The notes under the pieces were generated by a model. That model saw only the letters and a program-made list of their open reading frames with translations. It made no database searches and was not told the DNA's origin. A program made the translations under genes and the position numbers. A DNA stretch of 33,054 nucleotides from a virus (Duplodnaviria > Caudoviricetes): positions 1-33,054 of the IMG/VR virus record IMGVR_UViG_3300017912_002025; one strand, written 5' to 3'. This document shows positions 1 through 6,941 of the stretch, piece by piece. Each line of letters opens with the position of its first letter. Position 1 is the stretch's first letter.

Positions 1-135
1 TGGGGGCTGCTGCACGTGCAGTGGGAGAAGGATGGTCACCGGTTCGAGTACGAGCCGACGAGCGAGGATAACGGTGACGGCATGGATTACAAGTGGCCGG
101 ACCGCGAGTACATCGATGGGGAGTTGGTGGTATGA
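1..135 (+). CDS. 3' end of hypothetical protein (partial)
   Basis: Frame 1 is open from base 1 (WGLLHVQWEKDGHRFEYEP...GELVV) to TGA 133-135, overlapping the next ATG (ATGA). Confidence 0.65.
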   Translation, partial: WGLLHVQWEKDGHRFEYEPTSEDNGDGMDYKWPDREYIDGELVV

Positions 136-1385
136 CGCAGAAAAAACTCAGCCTGTCGGGCAGTAAGCTGACCCTTGGCGGTGTTGACGCCGGACAGATG
201 CGCGCGGGCGTCACAGGTGGCGCGCGCCGTACCGTTCAAGTTGAGGTTCGTCGCAAGCGCGCACCCGCCGCGCCACATCGAAGAGTCGAGCAGCCGCCGG
301 ATGTCCTGTCGAATGAGGAGCGTGTGCAGAGGATACGCGCACTTCAAGAGGGCATGAAGAAACCAGTAGAGATACCGGTGGATACGCCCCCGCCGAAGAA
401 GAAAGACCCTGTTCCGTGGACCGTGGACTCTCATCAAAAGCATCCTGAGACAGAGATGTGGCATGACCGTGTCGGGTGGGACAACCCGAAGTCAGAGAGT
501 CGGTTCCGTGTGGGCGAGAACATTACCAAAAAGGAAATTGCAATAAACAAGAAGATTGCGGCTGCTGACTGCAAGACCATTGAAGAGGCGTTGGGTTTGA
601 TTCCAAACCTGCGGACGGTGTCGAACAGCACAAGGCTCAGTGCCGACATGAACAGGCTGTTCGAGTACGCTCGGGGGGACACATGGAGCAAGCATGTGTT
701 CAACCAGAGTTTTGTTTCGAAGCGCCCTGATGTTCGAGGAGGGAAGTGGACGAGGCACATGCGCCCGATGGGTGCGAAGGTGCTGGTCCGGTTTCTGGTG
801 CATGTGGGTCCGGAGTTTTACATCGATGGTGACATCGATCTGCGAGAGTTGCGTAAGTACGCATCGAGTGCGGATGTTTTCGAGGAGCCGCCCGCCAGCA
901 ACGACAACAAGATTGTCCCGCAGCCGGAGTCAAAAGAGACCGAACGCACTGCTGTGGTGAAGCAGCGGACGTACCAGCAGAAGCTGCGGGCACACATGCT
1001 GTCGCTCAATCCTACTTGTCCATTCACGGGAGTTAAGAATCACCGCATGTTGTTTGTGAGTCACATTAAACCGAGCAGTCATTGCGGGCTGTACGAGATT
1101 GACGGAAAGACACTACAGGAAAAAGAAGACGCGGCGAATGTGTTGATGCTGACGCCCAATGCGGACTGGCTGTTTGATCAGGGCTACATCAGCTTCACCG
1201 ACGACGGCAAGCTGATGCGGAGCATAGAGATTCACGGTGACGAGTTCAAAAGACTGGGTCTTCAGCACGAAGCGAACATTGAACGTCTGTTGAATGGCCC
1301 TGTTGGAGAACGGCGTCGGGGGTACATGGAACACCACCGCAGATTTATATTTCGTGGACCGAAAAAGGAGAAGTGGGATGGATGA
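132..1385 (+). CDS. IF-2 N-terminal-like segment fused to C-terminal HNH (HNH_2-type) endonuclease
   Basis: ATG 132 with ATGA coupling to the upstream ORF. N-terminus KKLSLSGSKLTLG...RTVQVEVRRKR...LSNEERVQRIRALQEG. C-terminus CPFTG...SHIKP...NVLMLTPNADWLFDQGYISFTDDG. Confidence 0.75.
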   Translation: MTQKKLSLSGSKLTLGGVDAGQMRAGVTGGARRTVQVEVRRKRAPAAPHRRVEQPPDVLSNEERVQRIRALQEGMKKPVEIPVDTPPPKKKDPVPWTVDSHQKHPETEMWHDRVGWDNPKSESRFRVGENITKKEIAINKKIAAADCKTIEEALGLIPNLRTVSNSTRLSADMNRLFEYARGDTWSKHVFNQSFVSKRPDVRGGKWTRHMRPMGAKVLVRFLVHVGPEFYIDGDIDLRELRKYASSADVFEEPPASNDNKIVPQPESKETERTAVVKQRTYQQKLRAHMLSLNPTCPFTGVKNHRMLFVSHIKPSSHCGLYEIDGKTLQEKEDAANVLMLTPNADWLFDQGYISFTDDGKLMRSIEIHGDEFKRLGLQHEANIERLLNGPVGERRRGYMEHHRRFIFRGPKKEKWDG

Positions 1386-1551
1386 AGACGAGGGCGACGA
1401 GTATTTGGTTTGCGATTGGTGCGGCCATGAGTGCCAAGATTTCACAACATTTTTTGGGGACATCCGTTGCGACGAGTGTGCCTATGAAGACGAAACCTAC
1501 AGAAGGGAGATTCTAGGTGAAGATACGAGCGACAGGGCCGCTCCGGCGTGA
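1378..1551 (+). CDS. Small acidic Zn-ribbon protein
   Basis: AAGGAG upstream of ATG 1378; CDWC...CDEC. Confidence 0.6.
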   Translation: MDEDEGDEYLVCDWCGHECQDFTTFFGDIRCDECAYEDETYRREILGEDTSDRAAPA

Positions 1552-1678
1552 GGTGCAGAACAGTAGGGTTGATGCATTTGACCCCAACATGAGGTCCAAC
1601 TTATCGGCGAGAACATTACGCCGCCTAGACAAGAAGCTGAAAAAAAGGAAGGTAAAGAAACATGAGCGTATACGATAA
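1517..1678 (+). CDS. 53-aa highly basic hypothetical protein (not in ORF track)
   Basis: GGGAGA SD, GTG 1517, TAA 1676-1678; MKIRATGPLRREVQNSRVDAFDPNMRSNLSARTLRRLDKKLKKRKVKKHERIR; fills the gap between its neighbours. Confidence 0.55.
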   Translation: MKIRATGPLRREVQNSRVDAFDPNMRSNLSARTLRRLDKKLKKRKVKKHERIR

Positions 1679-1913
1679 GCGCGTGACGCGCGACATGAGG
1701 ATGATGCTGCTGAAGATTCACAACGATCTGAAGCGCATCAAAAACACAGTCGAGGAGTGCAACGACATGTGGCTGTCGGATCTGCGGGAGATGGAGGCGA
1801 TCATCCATACTCTGCATAAGGAGTTTGATTTCAAGCCGCCGCAGAAGACTGGTTCGTACTGGGCTGACTGGGTGTTTGCCGAGGATGTGAAAGAGGAGGA
1901 CAAAGAAGAATGA
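1662..1913 (+). CDS. Hypothetical phage protein
   Basis: 83-aa ORF, purine-rich upstream region, ATGA coupling to the next gene. Confidence 0.7.
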   Translation: MSVYDKRVTRDMRMMLLKIHNDLKRIKNTVEECNDMWLSDLREMEAIIHTLHKEFDFKPPQKTGSYWADWVFAEDVKEEDKEE

Positions 1914-2110
1914 AAACCCTCTGGGTTCTGTTGCTAGTCACAGGGTATGGTTTCGATTCGGATTCGTTCGAAACCAAATCCCTTGGTGGCTACGACACCG
2001 TGGCCGAGTGCCATGTGGCAGCGACCAAGATTTTTTGGGAGCGGATGCCTATCAATCAAGAGGCGATATGTATACGAGTGGAGGCGAGGGCCAATGACGA
2101 TGACGATTGA
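1910..2110 (+). CDS. Small putative exported Cys-pair protein
   Basis: Hydrophobic N-terminus MKTLWVLLLV; YDTVAEC...AICIRV. Confidence 0.6.
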   Translation: MKTLWVLLLVTGYGFDSDSFETKSLGGYDTVAECHVAATKIFWERMPINQEAICIRVEARANDDDD

Positions 2111-2303
2111 AAAGGGTGACGGCACGATGCAGCGGCGTCTGGACATGGGCTTGTGCCCGAAATGCCAGACAGCCATGGACCCTGGACCGGCGACCGTGTG
2201 CCGATGTTGTGGATTACAGATCAACGGTGTAAGTCAACCCCCTAGTTGTACACCGTTGGTCGATATCGACGATGTCATCAGTAATGCTGGGTCATTACAA
2301 TGA
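2094..2303 (+). CDS. Small Zn-ribbon protein
   Basis: GAGG upstream of ATG 2094; CPKC...CRCC. Confidence 0.55.
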   Translation: MTMTIEKGDGTMQRRLDMGLCPKCQTAMDPGPATVCRCCGLQINGVSQPPSCTPLVDIDDVISNAGSLQ

Positions 2304-2518
2304 GGCAGCTTGTAGTTTCAGGTATCATCAGTTATCATCAAGAAACTTGTGATAAATGTGGTGATCGGGCGGACGTAATCTGGAGAGATGGGCACTTGTG
2401 TGCGCCATGTTATTTCAAGGAGGTTGGTCATGAACCAAACACATTTAATGCCAGAGGCAAAAACAGAGCCAGAGATGGAGTGGAGCACCGCCGTTCAGGT
2501 GATCGACTGGTGCGTTAG
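2300..2518 (+). CDS. Small Zn-ribbon protein
   Basis: ATGA coupling; CDKC...CAPC; 3' part overlaps the next ORF. Confidence 0.45.
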   Translation: MRQLVVSGIISYHQETCDKCGDRADVIWRDGHLCAPCYFKEVGHEPNTFNARGKNRARDGVEHRRSGDRLVR

Positions 2519-2615
2519 CGAAATGCTCGACAAGATTCACGAGTGGCCTGACGACTATGGTCCGGGTAGGTCCGAAGAAGTCATGGAAGCATGGGACAGG
2601 ATTCTGCGGGGTTGA
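2430..2615 (+). CDS. Hypothetical acidic protein
   Basis: AAGGAGG SD before ATG 2430. Confidence 0.65.
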   Translation: MNQTHLMPEAKTEPEMEWSTAVQVIDWCVSEMLDKIHEWPDDYGPGRSEEVMEAWDRILRG

Positions 2616-2619
2616 GTTG

Positions 2620-2832
2620 ATGGTAGCGTTTCTTGTTGTCGTAAACTTTTGTGTGCAAGTTATGGGGCCACCCAGATGCGGGCACATCGAAGACAACAGG
2701 GGACCGTATGCAACAGAAGCTCAATGCAGAGAGCGCATACAACAGATGTTTTCGTACATGAATCATAGATTCCCGCCGGGTTCGGTGGTAGCGCACGGTG
2801 TATGCGTGGAGATCGAGGGAGAAAAACTTTGA
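2620..2832 (+). CDS. Small putative exported Cys-rich protein
   Basis: Hydrophobic N-terminus MVAFLVVVNFC; GPYATEAQC...GVCVEI. Confidence 0.55.
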   Translation: MVAFLVVVNFCVQVMGPPRCGHIEDNRGPYATEAQCRERIQQMFSYMNHRFPPGSVVAHGVCVEIEGEKL

Positions 2833-3053
2833 AACAACGTGATCCAAACTGGCGCGACATCCGTCGCCACCACGTAGTGCCGGACAAACGTCCGGCGCTG
2901 CTGCAAAAAATTCATCAACAAGAAATGGCTAACGCCTGTCCTCGGTGTGGCACACCGCTTGCTTCTGTTGTAGAAGTTCACGGCCACCGTCAATGTTCTG
3001 TCTGTGGTAGTGTGATCGATGACTGCTGCCAAGGAGAGTGCGCCTATGAATGA
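2829..3053 (+). CDS. Small Zn-finger protein
   Basis: TTG 2829 overlapping the previous stop; CPRC...HGHRQCSVC...DDCCQG. Confidence 0.6.
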   Translation: MKQRDPNWRDIRRHHVVPDKRPALLQKIHQQEMANACPRCGTPLASVVEVHGHRQCSVCGSVIDDCCQGECAYE

Positions 3054-3294
3054 CGACAACATTATTTATTTCTCGAAGGAACAACCCAACATCGACAAGA
3101 TCGACGCTTCGGCGGTCGAAGTCTTGTGCGACATTGCAGGAAGAAACTTGGATGACGTTGTCATTCTGGGATCGGACAAGGAGACAGGTGCTATCAAGAT
3201 GATGACGACACAAGAGGATGTCGCTGACATTCTGTTCTATCTGGAGGTAGCCAAGAAGGCTATCCTAGATCAAGGCGTCAATGATGGTCCCTGA
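3046..3294 (+). CDS. Hypothetical phage protein
   Basis: AAGGAG SD; ATG 3046; overlaps the helicase start. Confidence 0.7.
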   Translation: MNDDNIIYFSKEQPNIDKIDASAVEVLCDIAGRNLDDVVILGSDKETGAIKMMTTQEDVADILFYLEVAKKAILDQGVNDGP

Positions 3295-4735
3295 CTTTAA
3301 CTACCGCACGGAGCCTTACGCCCACCAGCGTGAGGCTCTGGAGCGCTCATACGACAAGCGCAACTACGCCTACTTTATGGAGATGGGATGTGGCAAGTCG
3401 AAGGTTCTTATTGACAACGTGGTCTGGCTCTACGAGCAGGGCCGCATTGACACAGCGGTTATTGTTGCGCCGAAAGGTGTTTACCGCAACTGGGAAACGT
3501 CGGAGATTCCCACCCACTTCCCGACCAACATTCCGCACGAGATTTATGTATGGAATCCGAGTCCCAACAAAGCGCAAGCCGAACGTCTCCAGTCTGGCGT
3601 TCAAGAGCGTGGTGTCCTCCGCATACTACTGGCAAATGTGGAAGGGTTCGCGTCTAAAAAGCTGCCCGCATTTGTGGGCGCGTTCACACAGGGCAGCAGT
3701 TTCCTACTTGCTGTTGATGAGTCCACTACAATCAAGAATCCCAAAGCCAAACGCACTAAGACGCTGGTCCTCTTCGGTGCAAAAGCTGCATACAAAAGGA
3801 TCCTCACCGGCTCCCCTGTTACGAAGTCACCCATGGACCTTTACGCGCAGTGCGGATTCATGGACAAGAGACTTCTCGGCTTTGACTCGTACTACTCGTT
3901 TCAAGGACGTTATGCGGTCACTAAAACGCAGCGCATGGGCGCACATAACTTTCTACAGATTGTGGGCTATCGGAACCTTGAAGAACTATCGGAGAAACTT
4001 GACACGTTTTCCTACCGGGTCACCAAGGAAGAAGCACTAGACCTGCCCGACAAGGTGTACACCACCCGAGAGGTGAGCGTCACTGACGAGCAGCGCCAGC
4101 ACTACATGACACTGAAGAAGCAGGCCATTGCCATGTTCGACAACGGCGATCTGGTAACAGCGCCGGCTGTGATCACACAACTGCTGCGCTTGCAGCAGGT
4201 GTTATGCGGGCATATCAAAACCGATGACGGCGACTTGATCGAGTTCCCCACCAAGCGGCTCGATGCGCTGAAAGAAACCATCGAGGAGATGACCGGCAAG
4301 ATCATCATTTGGTCACGCTTCCGCTACGACATCAAGAAGATTGCGGACGAACTGCAACGAATCCATGGACCGGGGTCCGTGGTCACATATTTTGGGGACA
4401 CGAGCGATGAACAGCGCCAGCAGGCGATTCATGACTTTCAGTTCGGTGACGCCAGGTTCTTCGTGGCAAACCCGCAGACCGCAGGCTTCGGGCTGACGCT
4501 GACGGCTGCAACAAACGTGATCTATTACGCCAACGACTTCGACTTGGCGACTCGGATGCAGTCCGAGGATCGGTGTCACCGGATCGGGCAGCACAACAGA
4601 GTCACCTATGTCGACCTAATCACTCCGGGTTCGATTGATCAGAGGATTGTTCGTGCTCTTCGGGACAAGATTGATCTGTCGGCGAAGGCTCTTGGCGAAG
4701 AAGCTCGGAAATGGTTAGAGCTTTCTTCCCCTTGA
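3281..4735 (+). CDS. SNF2-family (SF2) helicase/ATPase
   Basis: FMEMGCGKS (motif I), AVDEST (II), LTGSP (III), GFGLTL (V), QSEDRCHRIGQ (VI). Confidence 0.93.
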   Translation: MMVPDFNYRTEPYAHQREALERSYDKRNYAYFMEMGCGKSKVLIDNVVWLYEQGRIDTAVIVAPKGVYRNWETSEIPTHFPTNIPHEIYVWNPSPNKAQAERLQSGVQERGVLRILLANVEGFASKKLPAFVGAFTQGSSFLLAVDESTTIKNPKAKRTKTLVLFGAKAAYKRILTGSPVTKSPMDLYAQCGFMDKRLLGFDSYYSFQGRYAVTKTQRMGAHNFLQIVGYRNLEELSEKLDTFSYRVTKEEALDLPDKVYTTREVSVTDEQRQHYMTLKKQAIAMFDNGDLVTAPAVITQLLRLQQVLCGHIKTDDGDLIEFPTKRLDALKETIEEMTGKIIIWSRFRYDIKKIADELQRIHGPGSVVTYFGDTSDEQRQQAIHDFQFGDARFFVANPQTAGFGLTLTAATNVIYYANDFDLATRMQSEDRCHRIGQHNRVTYVDLITPGSIDQRIVRALRDKIDLSAKALGEEARKWLELSSP

Positions 4736-5072
4736 AGTGACGGTTCTGTGCTTTCTCTGTGGATACGGGATTGTTCGAAAGTTGATGTGTGTACAGGCCA
4801 ACAGCACCAGTCTCGAGGTCAACATATAACAGGCGCACACCTAGTTTGCGTTGAACGTCTGTTAGTTTGCGGGCAATTGATGTGCCGGACGCACGAAACG
4901 CATGAGTCTTTACGTCGAACAAGTGTGTTTTTCCGTTCGGCGATATGGCAACAAGGTCCACTGGCCCCTGTGCCATCACCGGCTGGTAAACATAACAGTC
5001 TTGAGACAACAACCACTCTGCTGCCAGCAGTTCTGATCGCTGACCATCTCGGTTTTTGTTGTGTGGTCGCAT
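4620..5072 (-). CDS. PD-(D/E)XK nuclease (resolvase- or homing-endonuclease-like)
   Basis: GQRSELLAAEWL...GPVDLVAI...LFDVKT; ATG at 5072 preferred because the longer start overlaps the RHH gene. Confidence 0.75.
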   Translation of the reverse strand: MRPHNKNRDGQRSELLAAEWLLSQDCYVYQPVMAQGPVDLVAISPNGKTHLFDVKTHAFRASGTSIARKLTDVQRKLGVRLLYVDLETGAVGLYTHQLSNNPVSTEKAQNRHFKGKKALTISELLRQEPSPTDQSCPEEHEQSSDQSNPE

Positions 5073-5079
5073 AATGTTG

Positions 5080-5107
5080 TTGACTTCCCCGCTGTATAGA
5101 TTATTGT
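5080..5107 (+). promoter_or_regulatory. Candidate sigma70 promoter for the RHH gene
   Basis: TTGACT-N16-TATTGT in the divergent intergenic gap. Confidence 0.35.
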
Positions 5108-5144
5108 GAGCGACCGTAACAGACATGCACCGAGGAGTAAACAG

Positions 5145-5297
5145 GTGAATTTGAGTAAGTGGAAAACCGTTGCCGTCTCGGCGCCCATGTATGCCATGCT
5201 CAAGCAGATGGCCGACGAAAATGACAGGAGTGTGAGCAAACAAGTCGCGCACATACTCAAGAAGTTTTTTGAATCGGAGGGCAAAAATATCGATTGA
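5145..5297 (+). CDS. Ribbon-helix-helix (Arc/CopG-like) DNA-binding protein
   Basis: GAGGAG SD, GTG 5145; KTVAVS strand, YAMLKQMA helix, RSVSKQVAHIL helix. Confidence 0.75.
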   Translation: MNLSKWKTVAVSAPMYAMLKQMADENDRSVSKQVAHILKKFFESEGKNID

Positions 5298-5369
5298 TCG
5301 TGGACCGTGGTTCGTGTATCACCCTCCAGCGGCGGCGAGAAATCGTCGCCGCACGACAGCCGAAGGGCT
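5294..5369 (+). promoter_or_regulatory. Candidate promoter followed by two leader hairpins
   Basis: TTGATC-N17-TATCAC; 10-bp stem with GAAA loop (5329-5352); AGCC-GAAG-GGCT (5358-5369). Confidence 0.5.
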
Positions 5370-5395
5370 TAAACTTTAACGTAAGGAGAAGAAGT

Positions 5396-5962
5396 ATGAG
5401 CGATGTGTTTTCGCTGTTTGACGAGGAAGTCGATGCCCAAAAGTTCGACAATGTGGATGAGACGAAAGGTTCCCGCCTTTCCAATCTCATCCGCGCATCC
5501 CTCAAGATCGACGAGGAAATCGCGGAAGCGGAAAAATACCTCAAGGATCTTAAATTCAAGAAACGCAAGGTGAATGAAGAGGACATCCCCGCTCTGATGC
5601 AGGAGATGGGTATGGAATCTGTCACAGTTGAAGGGCACAAGATTGCGCTTCGACAGTTCGTGCATGCCCGCATCCCAGATGACAGGCGTGACGAAGCGTT
5701 TGCGTGGCTCCGTTCCATCGGCGAAGGCGACATCATCAAGCACGATGTCACCGTGTCATTCAACACAGGGCAGGACAACATGGCTGGCTCCGTGGTTGAA
5801 GACTTGCGCCAACAGTATGGTCTGGACCCCGCGCAAAAAACCCATGTCCATCCGCAGACGCTGAAGGCGTGGGTCCGTAACCGCATTGAGTCGGGTCAGG
5901 ATATCGACTTCGACCAGTTCGGTGTGTTTGTAGGAACTGAAGCTAAGATTACGAGGACGTAG
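5396..5962 (+). CDS. Phage replication-module hypothetical protein (coiled-coil N-terminus)
   Basis: AAGGAG SD before ATG 5396; directly upstream of the SSB-like gene. Confidence 0.8.
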   Translation: MSDVFSLFDEEVDAQKFDNVDETKGSRLSNLIRASLKIDEEIAEAEKYLKDLKFKKRKVNEEDIPALMQEMGMESVTVEGHKIALRQFVHARIPDDRRDEAFAWLRSIGEGDIIKHDVTVSFNTGQDNMAGSVVEDLRQQYGLDPAQKTHVHPQTLKAWVRNRIESGQDIDFDQFGVFVGTEAKITRT

Positions 5963-5966
5963 AACG

Positions 5967-6776
5967 ATGGCTGAAAAGCAAGCTGTAGCGAAAAAGGCGG
6001 AGTCGCTACCCGCAAATCTCATGGACGATCTGTACGCTGGTGCAGGTCAGGGGATGGAGAATATTACCTCCGAGGATATGCAGATTCCGTTTATGCGGAT
6101 CTTGCAGCCGCTCTCCCCGCAACTGATCAAGACGGACTCGAAGTTCATCAAGGGTGCGTCTGCCGGTGACATCTTCAACACTGTGACCGGGCAGTTTTGG
6201 GAAGGCGACGAAGGCGTGACGATTATCCCGTGCGCCTACGAGATGAAGTTCCTGGAGTTCCAACTGCGTGAGTCTGGTGGTGGCTTCCTTGGTGAGATCG
6301 ATCCGAACAATCCTGACATCCGTCAGGCGAATCGGGTGGGTGCCAATGAAATCCTGCCGTCGGGTAACGAGTTGGTTCGTGCAGCCCAGTTCTTGGTCGT
6401 GGCTATCGACGAGAACGGTGCAACCCAGCAGATGATTCTCGATATGAAGAAGACTCAGATGAAGGTTGCCAAGCAGTGGAACACTCGCCGTGCGGGTATG
6501 AAGCTGATGCACCCAGAGAAGGGTCTGTTCACTCCGCCGATGTGGGCAACTGTGTGGAACCTGAAGACCGTGCAGGAGAGCAACGACAAGGGTTCGTGGT
6601 TCAACTACTCGATCTCCCAGCTTGACATTCAGAGTGTGCCGGCAGCAGCGGTGCAGGAGTGTAAGGGTCTGTATGAAATGTTCCGGAAGGGAGAAATCAA
6701 AACGTCCGCAGGGACCGCCGAAGAGATGAACTCGGCGTCCTCGTCTCAGCAAGAGGCAGATGAAATCCCGTTCTAA
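5967..6776 (+). CDS. Putative single-stranded DNA-binding/annealing protein
   Basis: Position in the replication module; acidic SSB-like C-terminus ADEIPF. Confidence 0.65.
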   Translation: MAEKQAVAKKAESLPANLMDDLYAGAGQGMENITSEDMQIPFMRILQPLSPQLIKTDSKFIKGASAGDIFNTVTGQFWEGDEGVTIIPCAYEMKFLEFQLRESGGGFLGEIDPNNPDIRQANRVGANEILPSGNELVRAAQFLVVAIDENGATQQMILDMKKTQMKVAKQWNTRRAGMKLMHPEKGLFTPPMWATVWNLKTVQESNDKGSWFNYSISQLDIQSVPAAAVQECKGLYEMFRKGEIKTSAGTAEEMNSASSSQQEADEIPF

Positions 6777-6784
6777 CGTAAGCC

Positions 6785-6936
6785 GGTTAGACCGCGCCTG
6801 ACAGGGGGAGGCGGACAAAAGGGCACACTCAAGGCTACGGATACTGACACAGTTTTGCGACATGGCGGCTCACATAGAGTCTTGCAGTACCAGAACGGGT
6901 GTGTGCCCACCCCCTGCCCTAACCCAACAAAGGGGA
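6785..6936 (+). promoter_or_regulatory. Structured intergenic element upstream of primase (leader RNA or origin)
   Basis: Nested complementary pairs GGTTAG/CTAACC, CAGGGGG/CCCCCTG, GGGCACAC/GTGTGCCC, TACTG/CAGTA. Confidence 0.55.
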
Positions 6937-6941
6937 CAGCT

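Noticed and set aside
93-131. GTG start at 93 from the ORF track
   Set aside because: ATG 132 has ATGA coupling and the IF-2-like sequence begins there; likewise later starts were preferred at 5396, 6942, 8477 and 10268
132-1385. Host infB gene or prophage boundary
   Set aside because: No GTPase motifs; the IF-2-like part is only ~75 aa and is embedded among coupled phage ORFs
1517-1678. Ribosomal protein L36 homolog (MKIRA start, basic)
   Set aside because: Similarity limited to the first residues; lacks the L36 C-terminal K.RQG signature
5329-5352. Intrinsic terminator after the RHH gene
   Set aside because: Strong stem but no T-run on either side; treated as a leader hairpin
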